DNA of 64,000 nucleotides, taken from contig SLCC01000086.1 of assembly GCA_007126035.1 (NCBI GenBank), positions 680 to 64,679 of the forward strand, read 5' to 3'. This document shows positions 9,509-19,571 of the stretch, in pieces. The notes under the pieces were generated by a model. The model did no database searches and had not been told where the DNA came from. It saw only the letters and a list, made by a program, of their open reading frames with translations. Numbering within the stretch: position 1 is the first letter of the stretch; the number at the start of each line of letters is the position of its first letter. Made by a program: the position numbers and the translations under genes. This stretch comes from Gemmatimonadota bacterium. Lineage in GTDB: Bacteria; Gemmatimonadota; Gemmatimonadetes; Longimicrobiales; RSA9.

Positions 9509-10762
9509 CTATTCGGCGGCCCCGGCGTCCTCCCGGGCCTGGGCCTCCCCGGCCACCTGCTCGACCTGGCGCCAGACCCGGAGCAGGTTCTCGCCCCAGA
9601 TCTTCCTGATCTCTTCCTCGCCGTAGCCCCGCCGCACCAGCTCGACCGTCACGTTCAGGCTCTCGCTGGCGTCGTTGAACCCGCGGATGCCGCCGCCGCC
9701 GTCGAAGTCGGAGCCGATGCCCACGTGGGCCACGCCGATCAGGTCCACGGCGTAGTCGATGTGGTCCGCCAGGTCCTGCACGGTGGCGCCGGGCCAGCGC
9801 TCGTTGATCTCCTCCATGGCGGCCAGGTAGCCCTGCTGGGCTGCCCTCGACACGTCGCCCACTCCGGAGGCGCCGGTGACGCCGAACCGCTCCCGGGCCT
9901 CGAGTATCGCCTGGCGCCGCTCCGGGTCCGCTGGACGCAGGTGGTTCGTGTGGGCGATGATATGGATCACCCCGCCGTTCTCCTTGAGGGCCAGCAGCTG
10001 CTCGTCGTCCATGGCACGGGGCACGGGCGACAGCGCGTGCACGGCGGAGTGTGACGCGATGACCGGCGCGCGGGAGAGCTCCAGGGTCTGGAGGGTGGCG
10101 TTCTTCGAGGCGTGGGACACGTCCACGATGATGCCCAGTCTGTTCATGGCCCGCACATACTCCCGGCCGAGCTCGCTCAGGCCGCCATGCTCCTCGTCCG
10201 GCCCGCCCCTCGGGTTGCTGGAGTCGGCCAGGTCGTTGTGGCCGCTGTGGGTCAGGCCGGCGGACCGAACGCCCAGCTCGTAGTACTTCTCGAGCATGCC
10301 CAGGTCACCGCCCAGGGCGTAGCCGTTCTCGATGCTGATGACCGCCGCCAGCTTGCCGCTGGCGTGGATCCGCTCCACGTCGGCGGCGCTGTACGCCAGC
10401 TCGATCTGATCGGGATACAGATCGTACGTCATGCGACGGATCCCTGCCATCTTCCTCAGCGCCCGCTCCTGGGCCTGGCGCCGGTTCGCCGCCGTACGAG
10501 GCGTCTGCGGCACGTAGGCCACGAAGAAGGCAGCGTCCAGGCCGCCCTCACGCATCTTCGGCAGGTCCACCTGGAAGGGGCCGCGGACACCCGGGTCCAC
10601 CTGGTCCGTGGCGAAGTTGGGCGGTATGTCGACGTGCGTATCTATCGTGATCAGCCCTTCGTGGATCTGCTGGGCACGGGCGAGTATGTCGGCATCGGAC
10701 GGCGCCGCCGCGCAGGCGGCAAGCAGCATTGTGACCAGCACCGCCGCGGTCTTCCTCAACAT
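9509..10762 (-). CDS. Membrane dipeptidase (peptidase M19), probable lipoprotein
   Basis: IDTHVD, ISIENG, LTHSGHN, DVSHAS, IASHS, GIGSDFDGGG; LLAAC lipobox; start 10762. Confidence 0.92.
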   Translation of the reverse strand: MLRKTAAVLVTMLLAACAAAPSDADILARAQQIHEGLITIDTHVDIPPNFATDQVDPGVRGPFQVDLPKMREGGLDAAFFVAYVPQTPRTAANRRQAQERALRKMAGIRRMTYDLYPDQIELAYSAADVERIHASGKLAAVISIENGYALGGDLGMLEKYYELGVRSAGLTHSGHNDLADSSNPRGGPDEEHGGLSELGREYVRAMNRLGIIVDVSHASKNATLQTLELSRAPVIASHSAVHALSPVPRAMDDEQLLALKENGGVIHIIAHTNHLRPADPERRQAILEARERFGVTGASGVGDVSRAAQQGYLAAMEEINERWPGATVQDLADHIDYAVDLIGVAHVGIGSDFDGGGGIRGFNDASESLNVTVELVRRGYGEEEIRKIWGENLLRVWRQVEQVAGEAQAREDAGAAE

Positions 10763-10921
10763 GCTACCTCCGGATATGGGTCGTGTGTCCAGCAGGATGC
10801 GACCCGAGCCAGCCGGTAGCAAGGAGCGATGACAGTGTGGGGTGGCCGGCCCCCTGCGGATGCAGGGAGAGGAGGCCCCCATATCTCGGGGATCAGGTCG
10901 CCGCGCGCGGCGACGGTTCGG

Positions 10922-11323
10922 TCACAGCGCCAGCAGCGCCGCGTCCATCGTCCCGGCGCCGAGCAGCTGACGGACCACCTGGAGCAGGGCCCGTGGCGAA
11001 GTGGGCTTCGGCAGGGCCCGGTCCACGTCCACCCCCGGCGGCGCGCCCGGCCACCGCCGGTCGATGCTATTGGAGCAGGCGATCACCGCGGGCGGACGAC
11101 TCCTCCCCGGCCGGCGAATGGCCCGCACCGCTGCCAGCCATTCGGGCTCATCGGACAGCTCCGTGACCACCAGCTCCGGCTCCAGCTCGGCGGCCAGGAA
11201 AAGGGCCTCCGGGCTGGTGGCTGCCTCCGCCACAGCGTAGCCGTGGTAGCGGAAGTAGTCACCGTACATCTCCCGGGTCTCCCGGTGCGGATCCACTATC
11301 AGTATGAGCCCGTTGGTCGCCAT
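10922..11323 (-). CDS. Stand-alone receiver-domain protein (atypical)
   Basis: ILIVDPH..GYAVAEA..PELVVTEL..VIACS..LPKP; CheY-like pattern. Confidence 0.75.
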   Translation of the reverse strand: MATNGLILIVDPHRETREMYGDYFRYHGYAVAEAATSPEALFLAAELEPELVVTELSDEPEWLAAVRAIRRPGRSRPPAVIACSNSIDRRWPGAPPGVDVDRALPKPTSPRALLQVVRQLLGAGTMDAALLAL

Positions 11324-11672
11324 TGCTACCTCGTCTGCCAGGACGCCGGTCAGGAATCCGGCGAGAATGCTGTCAACGGTGACGGCGGCGAAAGGCGTGC
11401 CCGGTGGCGAGGGTCGGCCTGGAAAGGCGGTAAGTGGCTACAGCGCCGACGGTTACCGCTCAGGCGACCGATGCTGCCAGGGCCGGGGCGGCGTTGCAAG
11501 ATGCACGATATCTGCAATTTTGCCACCCCTCGACGCTGCCTGACGAACCCCTCCGCGCGGTGGACATCGTCGCAGGTGGTGGCGAGAGGTCGGCGGGGCT
11601 GTGCCAGCAGGGATGGGCGGTCCCGCGGCCCGGGCGGTCCCGCGGCCCGGGCCACGTCCTGTGGAGCCGGGC

Positions 11673-13760
11673 TCAGAACCGGTCCAGCGCCACCTCAGTG
11701 GCCGCCAGTAGCGCCTCCGCCCCCACGGGGGCTCCTGTCGCCTGCTGCATCCACAGGTCCGGCAGCACGTTCCCGGTGACCGCCATGCGCACGACCTCGG
11801 GTCCTACCGTGCTGGCGCGGTCCATCTGCTGCCGGATCTGGAGGGCGATCATGTGGCCCAGGGGATAATCCGCCAGGTACAGGGGATAGCTGATCATGTG
11901 GGAGTAGATGCCGAGCAGCGGCGAGTCCTGTTGCCCGAAGACCGGGGCGTAGTACCGGTTCCAGACGTCCCGGGCGATGCGGAGGGTCGCCTCCCTGAGC
12001 TGGGCGGGGGTGGCGTCCGGGTTCTGGTACATCCAGTGCCAGACGTCCACGTCCACCAGTGAGACGCCGGCGATCTCGAAGGTGTTCCAGAAGGTTGCCA
12101 GTACGTCAAGGGCCTCGGCCTCGGCGTCCCTTTCGGCCAGGCCCAGCAGCTCCAGGTCCCGGGCCTGGAAGACGAAGGCGATGGCCTCGGTGAACGCGTT
12201 GTTAGGCACGCCGGAGAGCAGGGTGTGGTCGACGCGGTTCATGGACAGGACCTGCTCCACGTTGTGGCCCAGCTCGTGGATGCCGATGTTGTAGCCCATG
12301 TAGTCCATTCCGCCCTCCTCGATCCGGGTCCTGAGGAAGGCGGCGTCGCCCCGCCGCCCGCCGCCCCAGGCGTGGCCCGCCCCCCGTGATGGGTGGACCT
12401 CGATGTGGTCCGCCAGGAACCGGGCTGTCTCCGGGTCGAAGTCCAGGGCCTCCAGGATACGGGGGAGGTCGGCATGGAAGGCGGAGGCGTCGGGGTACCT
12501 CTCCGCCACGATCCGGTCCAGCTCCTCCTGGCTGTGTGCGCCCCTGGGTCGGAACCCGTTGTACCAGATGTCGAAGGGCTCCAGCGGTCTGCCCAGCCGT
12601 GCCTCGATGAGCCGAGCAGTCCTGGCCACCACCGGCGATGTCAGGACCGACTCGAAGATGGCCCTCACCCTCTCCTCGGAGATCTCCCGCCCTTCGTCGA
12701 AAGCCCGGGCGATGGCGGTGGGGGCGTTCGGCGAGTGTGGGTCCACGAGGCGGGCAGCGTGGAAGTTGGCCAGCAGCTGCTGGTACCGGACGTCCGGCTC
12801 CCGGTCGGCCGAGGGCCGGTCGGTGAGCGGCGGGTACCGGGCGGGGTCGTAATCCACGGCTGTCGTGGGCGACACCTGGTTCGTGAACGGGTTCCAGTCC
12901 ACGCGCGGGTCGTCGATGACCGCTGCTGGTATGGTCTGGTCCACGATGCGCTCCATGACCCTCTGGATCATCCGCTGCCGGGCCAGGGGCTCCGCGTGCG
13001 CGTAGGACGCTCTGATCTCATCTCGCAGATTCCAATGGGAGATGAGCCGCATCCCAGCGGGGAACAGGCGCTGGCCCTGATCGTCGACCAGGTGGTGCAT
13101 CCAGATGTTGTAGCCCGTGATGTAGGCGTCCGAGTCGGCGCTGGCCCGGGAGACGGCCTGGCTGACCTCGGCGGGCACCCGCCGCCCGAACCTCTGGACC
13201 AGCCTGGCCTCCGCCCACTCTCGCCGCGACCAGGACTCGGCGCCGGCGATCCGCTCATCCAGGGTGGTGAGGGGGAAGTTGAGCAGGACCACGAAGGCCA
13301 CCTTGTTGTCGAAGAGGTCGGAGCTCAGGTGGGCCGATGGATTGTAGGCGGCGAGCAGCCGGTCGAAGGGCAGGATCTCGCCGCGCTCCACGTCCGTGTG
13401 CATCCTGAGCTGGCGGACCGCCTCGAGCATGAGCCCGTTCAGCTGCTCGAAGACCGTCTCGAACCGGTGGAACATGTCCTCGCGCTGGTGTTGCTCGGCG
13501 ACGAAGTGGGCGCGGACGAAGGCCTCGAAGGCACCGGCGTCGCCGTCCTCAGGCCGCCACAAGGCGGCCACCTGGTCCAGCCCGCGACGGAGCCGTGGCA
13601 GTATAGCCTGGCCGTGATCGGCGACCAGGTCCGCCTCCAGGCGTTCGGCGGCGAGGTCCAGGCCGGGCACGGGGCGAAGCTCCTGACCGGCAGCCGATGC
13701 GGCTGTGCAGGGGATGAGCATCAGGGCGAGCAGGCCGGTAGTGATCGTGAATGAGCGCAT
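11673..13760 (-). CDS. Secreted hypothetical protein with gluzincin (HELGH) motif
   Basis: Signal MRSFTITTGLLALML; GIHELGHNVEQ...NAFTEAIAF; start reset to ATG 13760. Confidence 0.75.
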   Translation of the reverse strand: MRSFTITTGLLALMLIPCTAASAAGQELRPVPGLDLAAERLEADLVADHGQAILPRLRRGLDQVAALWRPEDGDAGAFEAFVRAHFVAEQHQREDMFHRFETVFEQLNGLMLEAVRQLRMHTDVERGEILPFDRLLAAYNPSAHLSSDLFDNKVAFVVLLNFPLTTLDERIAGAESWSRREWAEARLVQRFGRRVPAEVSQAVSRASADSDAYITGYNIWMHHLVDDQGQRLFPAGMRLISHWNLRDEIRASYAHAEPLARQRMIQRVMERIVDQTIPAAVIDDPRVDWNPFTNQVSPTTAVDYDPARYPPLTDRPSADREPDVRYQQLLANFHAARLVDPHSPNAPTAIARAFDEGREISEERVRAIFESVLTSPVVARTARLIEARLGRPLEPFDIWYNGFRPRGAHSQEELDRIVAERYPDASAFHADLPRILEALDFDPETARFLADHIEVHPSRGAGHAWGGGRRGDAAFLRTRIEEGGMDYMGYNIGIHELGHNVEQVLSMNRVDHTLLSGVPNNAFTEAIAFVFQARDLELLGLAERDAEAEALDVLATFWNTFEIAGVSLVDVDVWHWMYQNPDATPAQLREATLRIARDVWNRYYAPVFGQQDSPLLGIYSHMISYPLYLADYPLGHMIALQIRQQMDRASTVGPEVVRMAVTGNVLPDLWMQQATGAPVGAEALLAATEVALDRF

Positions 13761-13991
13761 GTGTCCCCCCTTCGTCGGGGCCGAAGGTGTATCATGGGGT
13801 AATCCTGGCAGCACGGGACCGTTCGCGCCAGCGTTTCCGGCCGCCCGGGCTTGCCGCCGCGGTCCGGCCCCGTCTACTCTCACGGTCGAGCAGGAGCGTG
13901 GCGGGCAGACGGGAAGGGTCCGCGTGTCGGTGGGCGGCAGCCGTCCGGGGATGGACCACGAGGAGATAGCTACGATGATCCGGACCGACCA

Positions 13992-14969
13992 ATGACAGTG
14001 CCGACCGCCATCGTGTCGAACGGGGACTGCGCCCTGCATGACACCGGCTGGAGCCATCCGGAGCATCAGGGGCGTCTGCCGGCCATCATGAAGGGGCTCC
14101 ACGCCCAGATGCCGGATCTCCTGGATCGAGCGCTCCAGGTCGAGGCCCCAGCTGCCGGCGAAGGGGACCTGCTCAGGGTCCACTCGCCGGCGCACGTGGA
14201 ACGGGTGCGGGAGGCCGTGGCGCTGGCCGGGGAGAAGGGTCGATCCCTGAACCTGACCATGGATACAGTGGTCTCCGGTGCCTCCTGGGATGCTGCAGTG
14301 GGCGCGGCGGGCGCCGCGATCCACGGCGTGCGCCTGGCGCTGGCCGGCCAGGCGGAGACGGCGTTCGCCATCACCCGGCCGCCCGGACACCACGCCACGC
14401 CCGATCGGGCGATGGGGTTCTGCCTGTTCAACAACGTGGCGGTCGCGGCGCGCTGGGCGCAGGCTGAGGCGGGCGTCGAGCGGGTGTTGATAGTGGACTG
14501 GGACGTGCACCACGGCAACGGGACCCAGGACGTCTTCTACGATGACGGGAGCGTCTATTACCTGTCGCTGCACCTGGCGGGCCACTACCCGGGCACCGGC
14601 CACCCGCACCAACGGGGGTACGGACCGGGGCGGGGCACTACCCGCAACATAACGTTCCCGCATGGCGTCGAGCGGGACTACTACCTGACGGTCTACGAGG
14701 AGGCGGTGGCGGAGGCGGCGGATACCATCGTGCCGGACCTGGTCCTGGTGTCGGCGGGATACGATCTGCTGGCGGGCGACCCGTTGGGCGGGTTGTGCCT
14801 CGAGCCGCCGGACATGCATCTGATGACGCGTCTGGTCATGGACGCGGCCGGACCGGCTTCAGGCCGCGTGGCGGTCGTGCTGGAAGGGGGCTACGTGCCT
14901 CTCCGGCTGGCCGAGGGTGTGGTCCAGACGGTCCGTGCCCTGGCACGCCTCCCGGCCGCCGCCGATTGA
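13992..14969 (+). CDS. Histone deacetylase family (AcuC/APAH-like) protein
   Basis: HPEHQGRL, RPPGHHA, GFCLFNNVA, DWDVHHGNGTQD, SAGYD, LEGGY. Confidence 0.93.
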   Translation: MTVPTAIVSNGDCALHDTGWSHPEHQGRLPAIMKGLHAQMPDLLDRALQVEAPAAGEGDLLRVHSPAHVERVREAVALAGEKGRSLNLTMDTVVSGASWDAAVGAAGAAIHGVRLALAGQAETAFAITRPPGHHATPDRAMGFCLFNNVAVAARWAQAEAGVERVLIVDWDVHHGNGTQDVFYDDGSVYYLSLHLAGHYPGTGHPHQRGYGPGRGTTRNITFPHGVERDYYLTVYEEAVAEAADTIVPDLVLVSAGYDLLAGDPLGGLCLEPPDMHLMTRLVMDAAGPASGRVAVVLEGGYVPLRLAEGVVQTVRALARLPAAAD

Positions 14970-14999
14970 CCAGCCGGCGCGAGTGGATCACATTCACAG

Positions 15000-15857
15000 A
15001 TGCCCGAATTGAGCTTGGGGGCCCTTGAGCGGCGCACCCCGTCGGCTGTCGGATTGACTCGACTCAGCACCCGGATGGCCTTCCCGGCCAGCGGCGAGTC
15101 CCTCTATCGATCCGTCGTCCGGCTCGCGGCGCTGACCCCCGAATCCGAATTCCTGCTGGTCCCCAGCGGCCGTGGCAAGAGCGTCCGGTTCGTTGCGGAG
15201 GCCAGCGGCGCATCCGGTGCGGGTGCCGATCCCGATGCCCAGATGGTTGCCGTGGCCACGGACCGGGCCAAGGCCGAGGGCCTGAACTCGCGTCTCCAGT
15301 TCGAAGAGGCGCCGCTCCACGACCTGCCGTACCAGGACCAGGTGTTCGACCTGGCGGTGGCGGAGATCGAGCTGGCGGCGGCCCCGGACCCGGCGAAGGT
15401 GCTGGGAGAGTTGGTCCGCGTCACGCGGTCCGGAGGCATGATCGTCCTGATCCAGCTGGTCTGGCTCAACCCTCTGGACCGATCACGGCGCGAGGCGCTG
15501 GTGAAGAGGCTGGGCATCCGCCCCCGCATGGTGGTCGAGTGGCGGCAGATGCTGCGGGAAGCAGGCGTCGCCGACCTGCAGGTGGAGGACTGGTCGGATG
15601 ACAGTGCGGCCGCGCGTCGTCTGCCGGTCCTGGGCGGGCTCGAGGCGCTGTTCACGTTACGGGGCAAGCTGCTCCTGCTGCCCCGGGCATGGCGCCGGTG
15701 GGGCTGGCCCGGGGTGCGGGCCGTGCTGTCCCGGGAGCGGGAGCTGCGCCGGCTCCTGAACCAGGAGCGGGTGCTGGGGATAGTGGTGATCCGGGGCCGG
15801 GTCGTCGACCGGAACGGTGAGCAGGCAGCTAACCCCTCGACCCGATCACCCTTCTAG
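15000..15857 (+). CDS. Class I SAM-dependent methyltransferase-like protein
   Basis: LPYQDQVFDLAV..DPAKVLGELVRVTRSGG (motifs II/III); motif I degenerate (LLVPSGRG). Confidence 0.7.
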   Translation: MPELSLGALERRTPSAVGLTRLSTRMAFPASGESLYRSVVRLAALTPESEFLLVPSGRGKSVRFVAEASGASGAGADPDAQMVAVATDRAKAEGLNSRLQFEEAPLHDLPYQDQVFDLAVAEIELAAAPDPAKVLGELVRVTRSGGMIVLIQLVWLNPLDRSRREALVKRLGIRPRMVVEWRQMLREAGVADLQVEDWSDDSAAARRLPVLGGLEALFTLRGKLLLLPRAWRRWGWPGVRAVLSRERELRRLLNQERVLGIVVIRGRVVDRNGEQAANPSTRSPF

Positions 15858-15861
15858 AGCC

Positions 15862-16485
15862 ATGTGGGCCGAGACCCGATCAGAAGGGGGCTCTTCCCGG
15901 GACGGGCTCTACGTCTACGGGGTGACCCGGCCCCCGGCCCGGCAATCATGGTCGGGCCTGGACCGTCCGCTCACCACTGTGCGCTACCAGGATCTGGTGG
16001 CCCTGGTTAGGCCGGTCCCGTTCGCCGCTCCCGGCAGGGGCCGGGACGAGGCCGCCGATCATCAGCGAGTCATGGACAGTGTGATGCGGCAGACCACGGT
16101 GCTGCCGCTGCCCTTCGGACTGGTGTTCCGGGGCCGACGCGCCCTGCTCCGGTTCCTGGAGGACCAGTACGTGGCGCTGGGAGAGGGACTGGACTTCCTG
16201 GACGGCCACTGGGAGATGCGCCTGCACATCACCGGCGAGACCGACTCCGAGGCGGCCCAGGCCACGGCGACGCAGCTCTACACCGACCTCCGCAGCCTGG
16301 GCAGGGCGGCTCTCCCGTTACCGGCTGCGGAAGGGCGGCTGTTGAGCGCCGCCTTCCTGGTGGACAGAGGCGGGTGGATCAGGTTCGTCGAAGAGGTCGA
16401 CGACCTGGGGTTGGCCCATCCCGAGCTGAGTCTGGACGTCACTGGGCCCTGGCCGCCCTACGACTTCGTGGCTGTGGACCTGTGA
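15862..16485 (+). CDS. GvpL/GvpF family protein (orphan)
   Basis: LYVYGV, HQRVM, TVLPLPFGLVF, LSAAFLVD, TGPWPPYDFV are hallmark GvpL/F motifs. Confidence 0.85.
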   Translation: MWAETRSEGGSSRDGLYVYGVTRPPARQSWSGLDRPLTTVRYQDLVALVRPVPFAAPGRGRDEAADHQRVMDSVMRQTTVLPLPFGLVFRGRRALLRFLEDQYVALGEGLDFLDGHWEMRLHITGETDSEAAQATATQLYTDLRSLGRAALPLPAAEGRLLSAAFLVDRGGWIRFVEEVDDLGLAHPELSLDVTGPWPPYDFVAVDL

Positions 16486-18806
16486 CGGGCCGGGGCAGAC
16501 CCTCACCGGAGGGCGGTGGGCCTGGACCGCTTGCCCGTGCGCCTCCGACAGGCCGCGGCGCCGGCGGCGGGCTGGTCGAGGTCGCGCTGCCCCTGCCCAT
16601 GCCTCGCACCTTCACCTATGCGGTGGATCGGACGCTGGAGCCGGGGACCCGGGTCGAAGTGCCCTTCGGGCCGAGGCGGCTGGTCGGCTGGGTCCTGGGG
16701 CCATCGGACCAGCCGGAGGCGACGGAGATCCGGACCGTCCACCGGGTCCTGGAGGAGACGCCCAGCGCCGACGGCGAGCTCCTGCGCCTGGCCCGCTGGG
16801 TCGCCGACTACTACCTGTCCTCCCTGGGCATGGTCCTCCGCACGGCCCTCCCCAACCCCATGGCCGTGGCGGGCGCCGACCGGGTGAGGACCCGTCGCGT
16901 CCTGCGCCTCACCCGTGACCTGCCCACCCTCACCCTGCGGGACGAGCTGTTCGGCAACGCCACTCGCCAGCGTGAGTGTTACGAGTTCGTGGAGGCGGCG
17001 GGCGGGGCGGCGGCCCTGGCCTCCCTCACCGAGCAACGGTTCTCCCGTAGCGTGGTGCGGGGCTTGGTGGATCGCGGGGTGGCCGACGTGGTGGACGAAG
17101 AGGTGGAGCGGGACCCTTTCGCCGGCATGCCGGCGTCGGAGGGAGTGAGGCCCGCACTGACCCCCGGCCAGGAGCATGTACTGGCCCCCCTGCTGTCGGC
17201 GGCCCGGGGCGCGGGCGGTACGTTCCTGCTGCGGGGCGTCACCGGATCGGGTAAGACGCGCGTGTACATCGAGCTCCTGGATGAGCTGGTCCGGAACCAG
17301 GGGCGAGGCGCCATTGTGCTGGTGCCGGAGATCGCCCTCACGCCCCAGACGGTCGATCGGTTCCGGGCCCGCTTCGGCGACGACGTGGCCGTGCTCCATT
17401 CCGCGCTATCCGAAGGCGAACGCTACGACGCGTGGCGGATGCTGCGGGCCGGGACCCGACGCATCGCCGTGGGCGCCAGGTCAGCTGTGTTCGCACCGGT
17501 CCGGAACCTGGGTGGCATCGTGGTGGACGAGGAGCACGAGTCCAGCTACAAGCAGGGCGAGGCGCCCCGGTACCACGCCAGGGAGGTGGCCATCATGCGC
17601 GCCAGGATGGCGGGCGCCGTCTGCGTTCTGGGCAGCGCCACACCGGCCCTGGAGAGTTGGGCGAACACGCGACGGGGGAAGTACACGCTCCTCGAGCTCC
17701 CCGCCCGTGTCGAAGGTCGACCACTACCCGACGTGGAGGTCGTGGACCTGCGCACGGAACGGGCCAGCCGGGAGGAGCGTGGCGCCACCACCGACCAGGG
17801 TGCGCTGGTCCTCTCGGATCGGCTGCGGGACGCGGTACACGAGCGCCTGGACCGGCAAGAGCAGGTCATCCTCCTGCTCAACCGCCGCGGCTATGCCAGC
17901 TTCGTCCAGTGCAGGGCCTGCGGCCACGTGTGGCAATGCGGCCGTTGCAACGTATCCCTCACCTACCACCGGACCCGGCGCCGGCTGATCTGCCACTACT
18001 GCTTCCATGACGAGGCACCGCCCCGCCAGTGCTCCCAGTGCGGCGAAGAGAACCTGTCGTTCCGCGGGCTCGGGACCGAGCAGGTCGAGCGCATCGTGAC
18101 AGAGACGTTCCCCGCCGCCAGCGTCGCACGCATGGACGTGGACACCACCTCCGGACGGTGGGCACACCACCAGATCCTGGACCGGGTCGGTCGACGGGAG
18201 ATCGATATCCTCCTGGGCACCCAGATGATCGCGAAGGGGCTCGACTTCCACCACGTAACGCTGGTGGGTGTCATCAACGCCGATGTGGGCCTCAACCTGC
18301 CCGACTTCCGCGCCAGCGAGCGGACGTTCCAGCTGCTCACCCAGGTGGCGGGGCGCGCTGGACGGGGAGACTGGCCCGGTCAGGTCATCATCCAGACCTC
18401 GCTGCCCCACAACCTGGCCATCCGGGCCGCCCTGTCCCACGACTACGTCACCTACGCGGACCACGAGCTCCAGCAGCGCGCTGATCCGCCATACCCTCCG
18501 CATAACCGGCTGGCCAACGTGGTGGTCAGCAGCACCGACGAGCTGAAGGTGCAGGAGTCGGCAGAGGAGCTGGCCGCCGCCGCCGCCGCCATCGTCCGGC
18601 GCCTCCAGACCAGCCAGATCCAGCTCCTGGGTCCAGCCCCCTGCGCCATCGATCGGATCCGCGAACGCTGGCGCTGGCACTTCCTGCTGCGCAGCCCCAG
18701 CGCCCAGCAACTGGGCGCCGTCTGCCGCACCCTCCACCACGAGTACGGAACAGGAAAGCCGCCAACCCGTATCATCATTGACCGTGACCCGGTGGCGCTG
18801 CTCTAA
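16482..18806 (+). CDS. priA: Primosomal protein N' (replication restart helicase)
   Basis: GVTGSGKTRVY, LVPEIALTPQ, VDEEHESSYKQ, two Cys-rich zinc motifs, GTQMIAKGLDF, QVAGRAGR; start uncertain. Confidence 0.96.
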   Translation: MTGRGRPSPEGGGPGPLARAPPTGRGAGGGLVEVALPLPMPRTFTYAVDRTLEPGTRVEVPFGPRRLVGWVLGPSDQPEATEIRTVHRVLEETPSADGELLRLARWVADYYLSSLGMVLRTALPNPMAVAGADRVRTRRVLRLTRDLPTLTLRDELFGNATRQRECYEFVEAAGGAAALASLTEQRFSRSVVRGLVDRGVADVVDEEVERDPFAGMPASEGVRPALTPGQEHVLAPLLSAARGAGGTFLLRGVTGSGKTRVYIELLDELVRNQGRGAIVLVPEIALTPQTVDRFRARFGDDVAVLHSALSEGERYDAWRMLRAGTRRIAVGARSAVFAPVRNLGGIVVDEEHESSYKQGEAPRYHAREVAIMRARMAGAVCVLGSATPALESWANTRRGKYTLLELPARVEGRPLPDVEVVDLRTERASREERGATTDQGALVLSDRLRDAVHERLDRQEQVILLLNRRGYASFVQCRACGHVWQCGRCNVSLTYHRTRRRLICHYCFHDEAPPRQCSQCGEENLSFRGLGTEQVERIVTETFPAASVARMDVDTTSGRWAHHQILDRVGRREIDILLGTQMIAKGLDFHHVTLVGVINADVGLNLPDFRASERTFQLLTQVAGRAGRGDWPGQVIIQTSLPHNLAIRAALSHDYVTYADHELQQRADPPYPPHNRLANVVVSSTDELKVQESAEELAAAAAAIVRRLQTSQIQLLGPAPCAIDRIRERWRWHFLLRSPSAQQLGAVCRTLHHEYGTGKPPTRIIIDRDPVALL

Positions 18807-18924
18807 GGACCGGCGTTAAATTTGCCGGAGCGGACAGCGGGCTGAGGCGGGCATATCCCGTTGGGCGGCGCCCGGCGGCCGGCTCGCAGCCGCGCATAGC
18901 GAAGCAGGAGGTCCGTTAACGACC

Positions 18925-19548
18925 ATGGGTTGTCTGGCGCTCAACGCCTCGTTCGAGCCCCTAACCATCCTACCTCTTCGACGCGCACTCCGACTCGTCA
19001 TCGATCGGAAGGCGGAGATCCTCGAGGTGGACCAGGCGAGGGTGTTTCGATCCGCCCACACCGTGCTACCCTGCCCGGTGGTTATCCGGCTCGTGAGCTA
19101 TGTCCACGTCCCGCGGAAGTTCCGGCGTCAGGTCACCAATACCTTCCTGTTCGCCCGCGACCGCTACCGCTGCCAGTACTGTGGCCGCCACCGCTCCGAG
19201 TTCAAGGGCCGTGAGTTCCTGACGCGGGAGCACGTCGTGCCCATCTCCCGTGGCGGCGCCAACGACTGGGGCAACGTTGTCAGCGCCTGCTCGCCCTGCA
19301 ACAACCGGAAGGGGAGCCGCCTGCCCAGCGAGGTGGGGATGAAGCTGCTGGCGGTGCCGTCAGAGCCGAACCACGTGGAGCTGGTCTGGGCGGTCCGTCA
19401 CATCACGTCGGTCCAGGCCAAGTACATAAGCATGTTCTACGGCGAGGAGGTCCTCCGCGCAATCAAGCCGCGCCTGGCCGATGAGCTGGAGGCGTCCGGC
19501 GAAATGCCGTCCAGGGACCTGTCAAGCCTGGAGCTGCCCGCGGCCTGA
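18925..19548 (+). CDS. HNH endonuclease (McrA-like)
   Basis: LALNASFEPL, RDRYRCQYCG, LTREHVVPISRGG..WGNVVSACSPCNNRKG. Confidence 0.9.
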   Translation: MGCLALNASFEPLTILPLRRALRLVIDRKAEILEVDQARVFRSAHTVLPCPVVIRLVSYVHVPRKFRRQVTNTFLFARDRYRCQYCGRHRSEFKGREFLTREHVVPISRGGANDWGNVVSACSPCNNRKGSRLPSEVGMKLLAVPSEPNHVELVWAVRHITSVQAKYISMFYGEEVLRAIKPRLADELEASGEMPSRDLSSLELPAA

Positions 19549-19571
19549 TCGCTCTGCCCTGGAGTGGGGCC

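Noticed and set aside
13761-14819. N-terminal extension making the 11673 ORF 1048 aa
   Set aside because: Overlaps the deacetylase gene on the other strand; a signal peptide and SD support the start at 13760. Similar false extensions were trimmed for trpF, aroF, the TonB protein and PTPS.
18925-19548. HNH gene as a mobile element, defence system or RNA-guided nuclease
   Set aside because: Ordinary stand-alone McrA-like HNH; no RuvC motifs, terminal repeats, adjacent DNA methylase or array
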